From contig JBBRNY010000001.1 in NCBI GenBank assembly GCA_038229915.1, positions 102,891-166,890 on the forward strand: a stretch of DNA of 64,000 nucleotides. The letters run 5' to 3'. The stretch is from Candidatus Kapaibacterium sp. (GTDB taxonomy: Bacteria > Bacteroidota > Ignavibacteria > Palsa-1295). The notes under the pieces are model-generated. The model did no database searches and was not told where the DNA came from. It saw only the letters and a program-made list of their open reading frames with translations. The position numbers and the translations under genes are program-made. This document shows, in pieces, positions 1 through 9,713 of this stretch. Every line of letters starts with the position of its first letter. The first letter of the stretch is position 1.

Positions 1-1
1 T

Positions 2-988
2 ATTTATTGGGCTTCTGTAAGTCAGTTGTCTCTCAGTAACTACTTTATGGGCGCTGATATTTCTCGTGGTGGTGGTCGTATCGTTGTCACAGACCCACAG
101 GTACCGATCATTCCGCCGATCTATAGTGATCCGTTCGGAACGAACATCGGTCAGGATCTCAACACTGGTGATATCTCTTGCGTCTATGCAATGGAAAATA
201 TTGCTAACAGTGGTAACTGGGCTATTTGGATGCCGGGTAGTGGCTTTTGGCCTCCGATGTATCCATCAGCTTTCAGCAACTACCTCGCATGGGGTACGTA
301 TATCTGTAATCCTTGCGGTGACGGATTCTTTGCACCATACTATTGGAACAATGCAGGTTCGTACAATCCTATGATTCGTGCAATGGTTAGCCAAACTGGT
401 ATCTTGCCAGTCGAACTTACTTACTTGCATGGCAAGAGCGATAACGGCAAAGCTGTTCTCACATGGGCTACCGCTCAGGAAAAGAACAACCAAGGCTTCT
501 TCGTTGAACGCCGCCGTGTTGACCAAGCCGACGGATTCTTCGAAAAGATTTCGTTCGTCAATGGTAAGGTCAATTCGAATACCGAAACCGGATATTCGTT
601 CGTTGATCGCAACGTAACACCTGGTACATATACCTACCGCTTGACCCAAATGGATCTTGATGGTAGCCAACATGTCACCAATACGGTTAATGTTGAGATC
701 GGTGCTCCGACGAACTTCACGTTGGAACAGAACTATCCGAATCCGTTCAATCCGTCAACTGACATCAGCTTCACATTGCCAGAAGGCGCACCAACCAAAC
801 TCGTGATCTACAACACGCTTGGTCAGGTCGTCCGTACGCTTGTCGATGGCTATGTCAAGACCGGTACAACAACCGTTCATTTTGACGCGAAAGACGATGC
901 TGGTAACGAACTCGCAAGTGGTTCGTACCTCTACAAGATCAATAGCGGATCGTACACTGCGACCCGTAAAATGAACTTGTCGAAATAA
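2..988 (+). CDS. Secreted protein with T9SS (Por) C-terminal sorting domain; 5'-partial, since the frame is open to the window start and the listed start at 26 is TTG
   Basis: C-terminal ~80 aa (NYPNPFNPSTDISFTLPEGAPTKLVIYNTLGQVVRTL...SGSYLYKI) matches the type-A T9SS CTD pattern. No stop codon in frame upstream of 26. Confidence 0.65.
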   Translation: MYWASVSQLSLSNYFMGADISRGGGRIVVTDPQVPIIPPIYSDPFGTNIGQDLNTGDISCVYAMENIANSGNWAIWMPGSGFWPPMYPSAFSNYLAWGTYICNPCGDGFFAPYYWNNAGSYNPMIRAMVSQTGILPVELTYLHGKSDNGKAVLTWATAQEKNNQGFFVERRRVDQADGFFEKISFVNGKVNSNTETGYSFVDRNVTPGTYTYRLTQMDLDGSQHVTNTVNVEIGAPTNFTLEQNYPNPFNPSTDISFTLPEGAPTKLVIYNTLGQVVRTLVDGYVKTGTTTVHFDAKDDAGNELASGSYLYKINSGSYTATRKMNLSK

Positions 989-1011
989 TCGGTCAATAGA
1001 TCATTAACAAA

Positions 1012-1047
1012 AAAGCCCCGCTCGTAATGAGCGGGGCTTTTTGTTTT
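1012..1047 (+). terminator. Rho-independent terminator
   Basis: agccccgctc / gcggggct stem followed by a T-run, directly after the stop at 988. Confidence 0.7.
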
Positions 1048-1098
1048 ATAAAAAGAAATGAAATGAGTTGGGTAAGGAAAATAGAACCAAAAAAAAGG

Positions 1099-1911
1099 TT
1101 ATCCGCCAATGACACCACGATCTGAATGACGATAAAAATCGAGGATCACTTGCACCTCAGCGATATTCAGATCCTGATTTGCTTCGATAGTGCTCATTGC
1201 ATCTGTGAAGTTCAGACCCGAGAAATAAATAAGTTTATACGCATCCCGGATCTTCTTGATCGCCTCTTTTGTAAAGCCGCGTCGCTCTAAACCGATCTTA
1301 TTGACACCAACAAAACGAGGAGGTTCATCTGCAATCAGTGAATAAGGCGGCGCATCTTTGGTGAGCATTAATGCTGCGCCGACCATCGAGTATGCACCGA
1401 TCATTGAAAATTGATGGACACCAGTAAGTCCGCCGATCGTAACGAACGAACCGATCGTGCAATGGCCTGCTACTTGAACGGCATTTGAGAGAATGACATG
1501 ATCGCCGATCAAACAATCATGTGCAATATGAGAGTATGCCATGATTAGGCAATGACTTCCGACTTTGGTGATCGAGTCGTGTGTGCCGGCTTTTGAAGTT
1601 GTTGTATGAACGGTTGCTCGGTGGATAGTAGCAAACTCTCTGATGGTCGTATGATCGCCGATCTCGACGTATGTTTTTTCAGAGCCACTAAACTTGAGAT
1701 CTTGTGGGACATTTGCGACAACCGCGCTGTGATGGATCACACATTCTTTGCCAATACGTGCGCCCGAGGCAATAAAAGCATGATGGGAGATGCTGGTCCC
1801 CTCACCGATGGTCACATCGCCATCAATGATCGCATAGGCACCGATCTCGACACCATCAGCAAGTTCTGCTGTTGGATCAATGATCGCCGTTGGATGGATC
1901 TTCGTTGCCAC
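1099..1911 (-). CDS. lpxA: UDP-N-acetylglucosamine O-acyltransferase LpxA
   Basis: Hexapeptide-repeat left-handed beta-helix protein of 270 aa with an LpxA-like N-terminus (IHPTAIIDP) and C-terminal helical domain. GTG start overlaps the lpxC-fabZ stop by 1 nt. Confidence 0.85.
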   Translation of the reverse strand: MATKIHPTAIIDPTAELADGVEIGAYAIIDGDVTIGEGTSISHHAFIASGARIGKECVIHHSAVVANVPQDLKFSGSEKTYVEIGDHTTIREFATIHRATVHTTTSKAGTHDSITKVGSHCLIMAYSHIAHDCLIGDHVILSNAVQVAGHCTIGSFVTIGGLTGVHQFSMIGAYSMVGAALMLTKDAPPYSLIADEPPRFVGVNKIGLERRGFTKEAIKKIRDAYKLIYFSGLNFTDAMSTIEANQDLNIAEVQVILDFYRHSDRGVIGG

Positions 1912-3320
1912 TATTTCGCTTCCTCGCGGTCAACAATGGCTGCCATTAATTCTGCTTCGGCGACAAGTTGATTATCGACGAAGGCTTGTCCGGCAAGTTG
2001 AAAAGATTTTCCTCTATTGCGAATCAACTTTACTTCGAATACCAATTGATCGCCAGGGGTGACAGGCTTACGAAATTTTGCTTTGTCGATCGCCATAAAA
2101 TAGACCAACTTCGAGCTGGGGTCGCCCAACGAACCAAGCATCAGCATTCCACCGGTTTGTGCCATTGCTTCAAGAATGAGCACACCGGGCATAATAGGAT
2201 TGCCGGGAAAATGTCCGGTAAAGAACGGCTCGTTATAAGTTACATTCTTAATGCCGACGATGCGCTCGGCACCGGGCTCAAGATCAAGTTCAAGAATACG
2301 ATCAACGAGTAAGAACGGATAGCGATGAGGCATAATACGCTCGATCGCGGTAATGTCAAAGATCGGTGCACCCGGAGTATATTTCTTCAGATGCTTTTTC
2401 TTCTTGAGGATCGTCCGAAGTTTTTTTGCAAACTCTACATTCGAAGCGTGCCCAGGTCGGGCGGCTAATATCTGTGCTTGCATTGGCGCCCCGACAAGAG
2501 CGAGATCGCCAAGAAGATCAAGGAGTTTGTGGCGAGCAGGCTCGTTCTTGAAACGAAGCGGCTTATTGTTCAGCGTACCATGCTGACCTAAAATAACAGA
2601 GTCTTCGAGCCCCAATCGCTTTGTCAGTGCATCTATTGCTTCTTGTGTCGGATTTCCATCAACGATCACAATCGCATTATCAAGATTGCCACCTTTTATC
2701 AGTCCTTGCTCGCGAAGCATTTCGACTTCGTGTAGGAAACAGAACGTACGAGAAGGAGCAAAATCAGTAATAAATTCTTTTTCGAGTGAGAACAGCCCCG
2801 TATGCTGGCTACCAAGAGCGGGATTGTTATAATCAACCATCACTGTCATCCGATAATTGTCCGGTAATGGCAATGCAACGATCTCTACGCCCTTTTCTTC
2901 GTTGGAGTAGGAGATAGTGCTATCAATGACGAGATAACCCCGTGGTGCGTCTTGTTCATCAAATTCGGCTCGGAGCAATGAGTCAACATACGGTGTGGCG
3001 CTGCCATCGCCGATCGGTGGCTCATTTGCGGTGAGTTCTATCCGTAGGTTATCTATCTCAAGCCCCACGACTGCGGCTAAGACGTGCTCAACGGTATGGA
3101 CACTTGCACCGTTATTTGAGAGGGTTGTGCCACGGGAAACATCGGTGACAAAATCTGCCAGTGCCGGTATTTCGGGTGCACCTTCGAGGTCGCGACGGAC
3201 AAAGCGAATGCCGTAGTCGGCAGGCGCAGGATGAAACTCCATCGTACAGGAATTGCCGGTATGGAGACCCACACCTTCGAGCCGTACGACCTTTTTTATC
3301 GTTCGTTGGTTTGCACGCAT
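1911..3320 (-). CDS. lpxC-fabZ: Bifunctional UDP-3-O-acyl-GlcNAc deacetylase / 3-hydroxyacyl-ACP dehydratase (LpxC-FabZ fusion)
   Basis: N-terminal LpxC ([18 protein letters not shown]...HTVEHVLAA) plus a C-terminal FabZ hot-dog domain ([19 protein letters not shown]). The ATG at 3320 is preferred over the TTG at 3344. Confidence 0.9.
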   Translation of the reverse strand: MRANQRTIKKVVRLEGVGLHTGNSCTMEFHPAPADYGIRFVRRDLEGAPEIPALADFVTDVSRGTTLSNNGASVHTVEHVLAAVVGLEIDNLRIELTANEPPIGDGSATPYVDSLLRAEFDEQDAPRGYLVIDSTISYSNEEKGVEIVALPLPDNYRMTVMVDYNNPALGSQHTGLFSLEKEFITDFAPSRTFCFLHEVEMLREQGLIKGGNLDNAIVIVDGNPTQEAIDALTKRLGLEDSVILGQHGTLNNKPLRFKNEPARHKLLDLLGDLALVGAPMQAQILAARPGHASNVEFAKKLRTILKKKKHLKKYTPGAPIFDITAIERIMPHRYPFLLVDRILELDLEPGAERIVGIKNVTYNEPFFTGHFPGNPIMPGVLILEAMAQTGGMLMLGSLGDPSSKLVYFMAIDKAKFRKPVTPGDQLVFEVKLIRNRGKSFQLAGQAFVDNQLVAEAELMAAIVDREEAK

Positions 3321-3489
3321 AGTCTTGTCTAACAAAAATACCAATGGAAAGATAACCCCAGATCAAATTCGCAAACAAAGAATTAGGGCTTCTTCACGGC
3401 TGAGTTGGGGTTTTCCTTCGTAGATTTGTTTATCTTTGTTTCATAGGGGCTTTCTGCCCCATAAGAATTTGGTATATTATCGTTACAAT

Positions 3490-4260
3490 ATGACCATCAG
3501 ATCGACTTTGGTATTTGTTACGGCACTGGTTGTGATCACCGGATGCCGCCCTTCGCAACAGACTCGTCGTGGCGATCAATCGCAAACGAAAGTTGCAGCC
3601 GCGTCTCAAACCAAAATGATGGACTCGCTCCTGATGGTGCAAAACAAGCTCATCACTGTTGTCGATACGATGTCGGGCATCATCAGCCAAGACCGCAAAC
3701 GTATAGCCGAGCTTGAGCGCGAGATAATGAAGCTAAAGAGTTTGATCGAAGAGCGAGCACTCAATGGCAATCAGATCTCGCCACCATCGCTTCCACCACC
3801 AAGTTCAGAACCACAAGTTCAGCCTGATCGAAGTGTGACCGGTGCTCCGATACCAACACCACCGCAGCAAGCGGTTGTCACGACCTCGCCGCAAAATGAC
3901 GAATATACATCAGCGCTGAGACAATTCAATAATGGAAAGTATGTTGATGCACTCACAGCCTTTGACGATCTCTCTCATAAAGACGGAAGCTCAGCACTTG
4001 CTCCGAACTATCTCTATTGGAAAGGCGAATCACTCTATGCGATGGGCGAGTATGCCGAATCGATACGAGCCTTTCACGAACTCTTAGATAAATTTCCCGA
4101 GTCAACGAAAACTGATGATGCTGAATTTAAGATCGCCGCAGCATACGAAAAAATGGGCGAACGGACAAATGCAAAAGCTGCCTATCAGCGCTTACTACTT
4201 TCTTTTCCTGATACTGAGTATCGGGCAAGAGCAGAAGCGCGGCTCAAGAAATTAAATTAA
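3490..4260 (+). CDS. CpoB/YbgF-like lipoprotein (coiled coil plus C-terminal TPR)
   Basis: Lipobox LVVITGC, coiled-coil segment (RIAELEREIMKLKSLIEERAL), Pro-rich linker and C-terminal TPR repeats typical of YbgF. Internal ATG at 3490 is used; the track start at 3436 is TTG. Confidence 0.55.
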   Translation: MTIRSTLVFVTALVVITGCRPSQQTRRGDQSQTKVAAASQTKMMDSLLMVQNKLITVVDTMSGIISQDRKRIAELEREIMKLKSLIEERALNGNQISPPSLPPPSSEPQVQPDRSVTGAPIPTPPQQAVVTTSPQNDEYTSALRQFNNGKYVDALTAFDDLSHKDGSSALAPNYLYWKGESLYAMGEYAESIRAFHELLDKFPESTKTDDAEFKIAAAYEKMGERTNAKAAYQRLLLSFPDTEYRARAEARLKKLN

Positions 4261-4269
4261 ATCATAGCA

Positions 4270-5109
4270 ATGAAGAACACCTCGAAATTCATAGTTGCGC
4301 TGACACTCTGCTGTGCGATCATTTCGCTTAGCTCGGTAGCATCGGCACAAGATCAGGGCGACGTGCTCGCCCCCGATGAAACCTCGACACTGCCAACACT
4401 CTTTTCCGTAAAGCTCTCGGGCGGTTATGGGCTTGGTCGTGGCAGACAGCTCTATGGCAATAACGGAGCCGACAAGATCTTTTGGAGTACCGGACAGGGT
4501 GCGAAGATGGATATGGCGTTTGATATTCCGTTGCTGCCTATTGATCTGCTCAACTCGGATGGCGAAGCATACGGACCGGAAAAAATACCCTACGTCGGGC
4601 TAGAACTCGAATTCGCAACTGGCTATCATCTCTCAATCGGTGGCACTACGAATGATCAGCTCCCATCCGGAGGTTTTGTGACAACGACTCGCACCAGTAC
4701 CTATATCCCGATAACGCTTGGCTTCAATGCTCGAACATCGTTCGGTGCAGGTTTGCCATCGGTCTATATTGGTGTCGGTGGTGGCATTCATATCAAAGGT
4801 ATCTATGAAGATAATATTTCTTATTCAAATTCAACCCAGACTGCAAATGTATCCTACGATCCGCCACTACCGTTTGAACTCTACGGCACCATCGGTATGG
4901 AACTGCCACTGCTATATTCACCCGAAGATGGAAACAGCGCGATCGACCTATTTGCCCAACTTCGACTCAGCGAAGTGACAAATTATATCTATCAATATAC
5001 CTATACACCTTCGAGTGGAACGAGTACCGTTGTGAAAACCACCGGCGATCCGGCACGCACGGCATCGAACGTTGCACTTAATCTTGGCTTCAAGATCAAT
5101 CTTTATTAA
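4270..5109 (+). CDS. Hypothetical outer-membrane beta-barrel protein
   Basis: Signal peptide, alternating Gly/aromatic strands, and a C-terminal ...GFKINLY aromatic terminus typical of OMPs. Confidence 0.45.
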   Translation: MKNTSKFIVALTLCCAIISLSSVASAQDQGDVLAPDETSTLPTLFSVKLSGGYGLGRGRQLYGNNGADKIFWSTGQGAKMDMAFDIPLLPIDLLNSDGEAYGPEKIPYVGLELEFATGYHLSIGGTTNDQLPSGGFVTTTRTSTYIPITLGFNARTSFGAGLPSVYIGVGGGIHIKGIYEDNISYSNSTQTANVSYDPPLPFELYGTIGMELPLLYSPEDGNSAIDLFAQLRLSEVTNYIYQYTYTPSSGTSTVVKTTGDPARTASNVALNLGFKINLY

Positions 5110-5123
5110 AGGAGCATACTTTT

Positions 5124-5774
5124 ATGACTATCAATCGCTTTTCTCTTTTGCTCCTTTGTGTTGTCTTGCTCGTCGGCGTTGACTCTTGCCGACCACGCGG
5201 TGCAAAAACTGCAAAGAATACCAAGCAACAACCAAAACCAACGACACCGCCATCAAACTCACCCACTGCGGCACAAGTGATGAATCGTGCTGATAGTGTA
5301 CTTGCAAAAGTGAATGCACTTTCTGCACCGGAGCTTGATGTGGCGAGTATCAAATCAGAAGACTATCCTCGTACTCCGTGGGGCGCAAATTATGTCCCTC
5401 GACCCGACCTGACGGCTTACTCCAATTACGAAGCGGCACTTGCAGCATTTAATGGCGGCGACTACGACAGGTCTATCGGCTTGCTCTCACAGATCGCTAC
5501 CAGCGGACGCCCGCCAGAATTGGTGCCGAACGCTTATTACTGGATCGGTGAAAGCTATTATGCACTCGGCAGATATGCCGATGCATTGCCATACTTTGAA
5601 TACACTACTAAAGCCGGACCAAATTATAAACGTGAACAAGCGTTTTATAAACTTGCTCGTGCCAATTATACTATTGGCAATACTCAAGCCGCTTCGATGT
5701 GGTACGACCGCCTTCGCGCAGAGTACCCGACGACACAATATGGCAAGACGCTCAAGAAATTGGGCGTGCAATAG
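5124..5774 (+). CDS. TPR lipoprotein, paralog of the CpoB/YbgF-like C-terminal domain
   Basis: Signal peptide with Cys (LVGVDSC) and a Pro/Thr linker. Its C-terminal TPR region aligns with the 3490..4260 product (NGxY..A...F......YW.GESYYA.G.Y..A...F). Confidence 0.55.
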   Translation: MTINRFSLLLLCVVLLVGVDSCRPRGAKTAKNTKQQPKPTTPPSNSPTAAQVMNRADSVLAKVNALSAPELDVASIKSEDYPRTPWGANYVPRPDLTAYSNYEAALAAFNGGDYDRSIGLLSQIATSGRPPELVPNAYYWIGESYYALGRYADALPYFEYTTKAGPNYKREQAFYKLARANYTIGNTQAASMWYDRLRAEYPTTQYGKTLKKLGVQ

Positions 5775-5855
5775 ATCGGCGATATGCGGAATGTTCCGTA
5801 GCATTGCGAAGTTACTTTTATCCCAGTTATTATTTTTATTAACGAAGACCATCGT

Positions 5856-7064
5856 ATGAACAGATATTTTTCAATTGTTACCGCTCTCGTCGTTCTCACA
5901 TCAGCGACATTTCTTTCGTCTTGCAAAAAAGAAGGCGCCGCCGAAGGCAATGATATTATCATCGGCGAATATGCTTCGATGACGGGGCAAACTGCCACCT
6001 TCGGGCAGTCGGTTCATGCCGGAGCAGTTCTGGCAATTGATGAGATCAACCAGGGCGGAGGAGTCATCGGCAAAAAGATCGTGCTCAAAAGCGAAGACGA
6101 TCAATCAAAAACCGAAGACGCCACCGCGGCTGTACAGAAGTTGATAAACCGCGACAAAGTGATTGCATTGCTTGGCGAAGTTGCTTCAAGCCGCTCGAAA
6201 GCCGGCGGACCTATAGCCCAGCAAAGCAAGATCCCGATGATCTCACCGGCTTCGACCAACGAAGACGTTACGAAGATCGGCGATTATATTTTCCGTATTT
6301 GTTTTATCGATCCCTTCCAAGGAAATGCCCTTGCGTCGTTTGCAAAAAAATCGCTCGGCGCAAAACGTGCGGCGATCTTGCAAGATACCAAACAAGATTA
6401 TTCGATCGGCTTAGCGAATGCTTTTCGCGAGACGTTCCGTAAGAGCGGTGGCGATGTTGTTAGCGAGCAAGCCTATTCATCGGGCGATAAAGATTTCCGT
6501 TCGGCTCTGACATCTATTCGTGCTACCAATCCTGATGTGATCTTTATTCCGGGATACTATAACGAAGTATCGCTGATCGTCCGTCAGGCTCGTGAGTTGG
6601 GTATTACGGTTCCACTTTTAGGTGGTGACGGTTGGGACTCGGACGAACTGACCAAAGGTGCCGAACAACAGTTCAACAACACCTATCTTTCAAATCACTT
6701 TTCGGTCGAAGATCCCGATGCGGCTGTGCAAAATTTCGTAACGAAATATAAAGCTAAATTCCAAAAAGACCCAGATGCAATGGCAGCACTTGGTTATGAT
6801 GCGGCTCGTATTCTTACCGAAGCTATCAAACGTGCTGGCACGACCGATGCCGCAAAGCTTCGCGATGCGATCGCGGCGACCAAAGATTTTAACGGCGTCA
6901 CCGGCAAGATCACCCTCAATGCTCAACGCAATGCCGAGAAACCCATCACGATCTTGAAGATCGTCAATGGTAAATACCATTTCGCTCAACGCATCGGACC
7001 AAACGGCGAAACCCAAACCGACTTCAAAGCCAACGACGCCCCTGTGACAGCCCCGGCGAAGTAA
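5856..7064 (+). CDS. Branched-chain amino acid ABC transporter substrate-binding lipoprotein (LivJ/LivK family)
   Basis: Lipobox FLSSC. Type-I periplasmic binding fold motifs (IIIGEYASMTG...GGVIGKKIVL..DD) are characteristic of Leu/Ile/Val-binding proteins. Confidence 0.8.
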   Translation: MNRYFSIVTALVVLTSATFLSSCKKEGAAEGNDIIIGEYASMTGQTATFGQSVHAGAVLAIDEINQGGGVIGKKIVLKSEDDQSKTEDATAAVQKLINRDKVIALLGEVASSRSKAGGPIAQQSKIPMISPASTNEDVTKIGDYIFRICFIDPFQGNALASFAKKSLGAKRAAILQDTKQDYSIGLANAFRETFRKSGGDVVSEQAYSSGDKDFRSALTSIRATNPDVIFIPGYYNEVSLIVRQARELGITVPLLGGDGWDSDELTKGAEQQFNNTYLSNHFSVEDPDAAVQNFVTKYKAKFQKDPDAMAALGYDAARILTEAIKRAGTTDAAKLRDAIAATKDFNGVTGKITLNAQRNAEKPITILKIVNGKYHFAQRIGPNGETQTDFKANDAPVTAPAK

Positions 7065-7083
7065 GACTTGTTTTTTTCTTTCA

Positions 7084-7113
7084 AAAGGGCGGTGTAAATA
7101 CTGCCCTTTTTTA
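7084..7113 (+). terminator. Rho-independent terminator
   Basis: aaagggc...gcccttt hairpin plus T-run, 20 nt after the stop. Confidence 0.6.
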
Positions 7114-7261
7114 TTGTGCAAAAAATCGTTTGATACCATCTTTAAAAAATTATTGCTCAAAAATAGTGATTAACTAATAACCCTGTCACTATAAAACCCC
7201 CTCCTTACGACTGATACGTGTTTTATTTTTTGTATCTTTGTTAATTAGAGTTTAACACTAC

Positions 7262-8167
7262 ATGGGAGAAATACTCCAACAGCTGGTAAATGGGATCTCG
7301 CTTGGCGCTATTTATGCGCTTATAGCGCTTGGCTATACGATGATCTATGGTGTGCTCCGATTTATCAATTTCGCTCATGGCGATATTTTTATGATCGGCG
7401 CATTTGCCGGATATTTTGTCGCGAATGCCATCTCGCATATTTTACCGATCGGTAGTATCGGTTCGGTGATCGTCGTCTTTGTTGCTTCGATGACCATCTG
7501 TGCCTTGCTTGGCGCATTGATCGAATACCTTGCGTATCGCCCACTTCGCACCCGCCCGAAACTGACCGTACTTATTACCGCGATCGGCGTCTCGCTCTTT
7601 TTAGAATATCTTTCACAGTTGCTCTTCGGTGCCACACCGCGCGGCTTTCCGGAGATCATCCCGAACCATGCACTGATTAAATCAAAAGCCATCACGATCG
7701 ATGTCGTCGGCGCTGTCGTGATCATCACATCATTTACATTGATGCTCGTGCTTCGATTGATCGTCAAGAAAACAAAGATCGGCACTGCGATGCGCGCCGT
7801 GAGCTTCAACCAACAAGCCGCCAGCTTGATGGGTATTAATATCTCGAAAGTTATCACGTTCACCTTTATGACAGGCTCAGCGCTTGCCGCAGCCGGCGGC
7901 GTACTTTATGCGGCGCAATATCCGAGCATTGATCCATTGATGGGTATCTTGCCCGGCCTCAAGGCATTCGTCGCAGCAGTATTGGGTGGTATCGGAAATA
8001 TTACCGGTGCGGCACTTGGCGGTATGATCATCGGTATCGTAGAGTCGTTTATCGGCGGTACGTTTCTTTCGACCTATCGCGATGCGATCGTCTTTGCGAT
8101 CTTGATCGGAATTTTGATCTTCAAGCCAAGCGGAATTCTCGGCAAGAACGAAGTGGAGAAAGTATAA
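7262..8167 (+). CDS. livH: Branched-chain amino acid ABC transporter permease LivH
   Basis: Polytopic membrane protein with the LivH-type N-terminus (LQQLVNGISLGAIYALIALGYTMIYGV). Confidence 0.85.
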   Translation: MGEILQQLVNGISLGAIYALIALGYTMIYGVLRFINFAHGDIFMIGAFAGYFVANAISHILPIGSIGSVIVVFVASMTICALLGALIEYLAYRPLRTRPKLTVLITAIGVSLFLEYLSQLLFGATPRGFPEIIPNHALIKSKAITIDVVGAVVIITSFTLMLVLRLIVKKTKIGTAMRAVSFNQQAASLMGINISKVITFTFMTGSALAAAGGVLYAAQYPSIDPLMGILPGLKAFVAAVLGGIGNITGAALGGMIIGIVESFIGGTFLSTYRDAIVFAILIGILIFKPSGILGKNEVEKV

Positions 8168-9144
8168 TGCGACCACAACTCATATTCGCATTGATCTTCG
8201 CCGGTCTCATCGGGCTATCGTTTGTGACCGGTAAGATAGATCCTTATTATTACACGGTCATTATTTTTATCGGCATCAACATCACGATGGCGACGAGCCT
8301 GAATCTGATCAACGGTTTCACCGGTCAGTTCTCGCTTGGTCATGCCGGATTTATGGGTGTCGGTGCGTATGTCTCTGCTATCGTTTCGACCTATCTAACC
8401 ACCCACGGTTTAGGTACTGAGGTGATGGGTGGTGTTCCTGTGATGGCAATAGCGTTATTGGTCGGTGGTCTTGCCGCCGCGCTGACGGGTCTTGCTGTCG
8501 GCATACCAAGTTTACGTCTAAAAGGCGATTATCTCGCTATCGTCACGCTCGGCTTCAATGAGATCATTCGCGTGATCATTCAGAATGTCGATTTTAAGAT
8601 CGACGGCATCTCATACGTCGGTGGCGCACGCGGCTTTGCGGTGCCACAGCTTTCGTCGTTCTTGTGGGTGTTTGGTATTGCGCTGGTTGCAATTTATTTT
8701 GTCGAGAATTTGATCAACTCGACCTACGGTCGTGGATTTCTTGCGGTACGAGACGACGAAGTCGCCGCCGAAGCAATGGGTGTGCATACTACTCGTTTCA
8801 AAGTTCGGGCCTTCGTGATCGGGTCGTTCTTTGCCGGAATTGGCGGCGGGCTCTTCGCACATTTCATCCAATACATTACTCCTGACAATTTTACATTCCT
8901 TAAGTCGATCGAGATCGTGGTGATGGTTATCCTCGGTGGTATGGGCTCGACGTATGGTGTCATTCTTGCGGCGATACTGCTAACGATTATGCCCGAAGCA
9001 CTGCGCGAGTTCTCGGAATATAGAATGATCATTTACTCATTGATGCTGATCGTCTTGATGATCGCCCGTCCGCAAGGATTGTTTGGTAGCCAAACATTCA
9101 CACGGTTCTTTGCTAAACGCAAAGCCGCGGCAAACAAAGTATAG
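8167..9144 (+). CDS. livM: Branched-chain amino acid ABC transporter permease LivM
   Basis: Polytopic; LivM-type motifs (GQFSLGHAGFMGVGAY, LRLKGDYLAIVTLGF). Start overlaps the livH stop (TAATG). Confidence 0.85.
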   Translation: MRPQLIFALIFAGLIGLSFVTGKIDPYYYTVIIFIGINITMATSLNLINGFTGQFSLGHAGFMGVGAYVSAIVSTYLTTHGLGTEVMGGVPVMAIALLVGGLAAALTGLAVGIPSLRLKGDYLAIVTLGFNEIIRVIIQNVDFKIDGISYVGGARGFAVPQLSSFLWVFGIALVAIYFVENLINSTYGRGFLAVRDDEVAAEAMGVHTTRFKVRAFVIGSFFAGIGGGLFAHFIQYITPDNFTFLKSIEIVVMVILGGMGSTYGVILAAILLTIMPEALREFSEYRMIIYSLMLIVLMIARPQGLFGSQTFTRFFAKRKAAANKV

Positions 9145-9150
9145 ATAGAA

Positions 9151-9654
9151 ATGGAACGCCTCTATTCGCCCTGGAGAAGCAAATACATCGACACCTTCAA
9201 AGGAAAGTCCGAAGTAGAAAACAGCTGTATCTTTTGTTCGGCTCTCGCCTCCTCGAACGATGAAGAACGACTCGTCATCCATCGCGGAGCCGAAGCGTTC
9301 GTTATTATGAATTTGTATCCGTATAATAGCGGACATTTGATGGTCGTCCCGAACCGTCACACCGCAGATTTTTCATCACTGAGCATTTCTGAGCTTGCCG
9401 AATGTACCAAACTTCTGCAAGTAAGCCAACAAGCGTTGCATACTCTTTCGGCGCCTCACGGATACAATATCGGGATGAATTTGGGTCGCTCTGCCGGAGC
9501 GGGCATCGAAGATCACCTCCATTGGCATATTGTCCCGCGGTGGAATGGTGATACCAATTTTATGCCCACCATAGCTGATATAAAAATGGTCTCTGAAGAT
9601 ATGCAGAGCCAACATACTCAGCTTTCGCAGATTTTTAAGAATATTCTCACCTGA
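9151..9654 (+). CDS. HIT-family hydrolase
   Basis: Histidine triad HLHWHIV near the C-terminus. Confidence 0.75.
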   Translation: MERLYSPWRSKYIDTFKGKSEVENSCIFCSALASSNDEERLVIHRGAEAFVIMNLYPYNSGHLMVVPNRHTADFSSLSISELAECTKLLQVSQQALHTLSAPHGYNIGMNLGRSAGAGIEDHLHWHIVPRWNGDTNFMPTIADIKMVSEDMQSQHTQLSQIFKNILT

Positions 9655-9713
9655 GTGTTGTAACTTTTGGGATAGGAGTGAAGTTATTCAAGGACAAATA
9701 AAATCGATACCCT

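Noticed and set aside
66-673. Overlapping ORFs 66..374 (+), 266..673 (-) and 378..617 (+) inside the first gene
   Set aside because: They are entirely nested in the well-supported T9SS-CTD protein reading frame. They have odd compositions and no motifs, so they are spurious alternative-frame ORFs.
1606-2312. Plus-strand ORFs (1606..1971, 1968..2312) overlapping lpxA and lpxC-fabZ
   Set aside because: They are antisense to two strongly supported genes and show no domain signal.
3420-3490. Sigma-54 (-24 TGGCAC / -12 TTGCA) promoters upstream of several genes, including a TGGTAT-N5-CGTTACA site near 3470 and a TGGTTACATCCGGTACTG site near 20370
   Set aside because: None matches the GG-N10-GC consensus well enough, so there is no supported RpoN-dependent promoter in this window.
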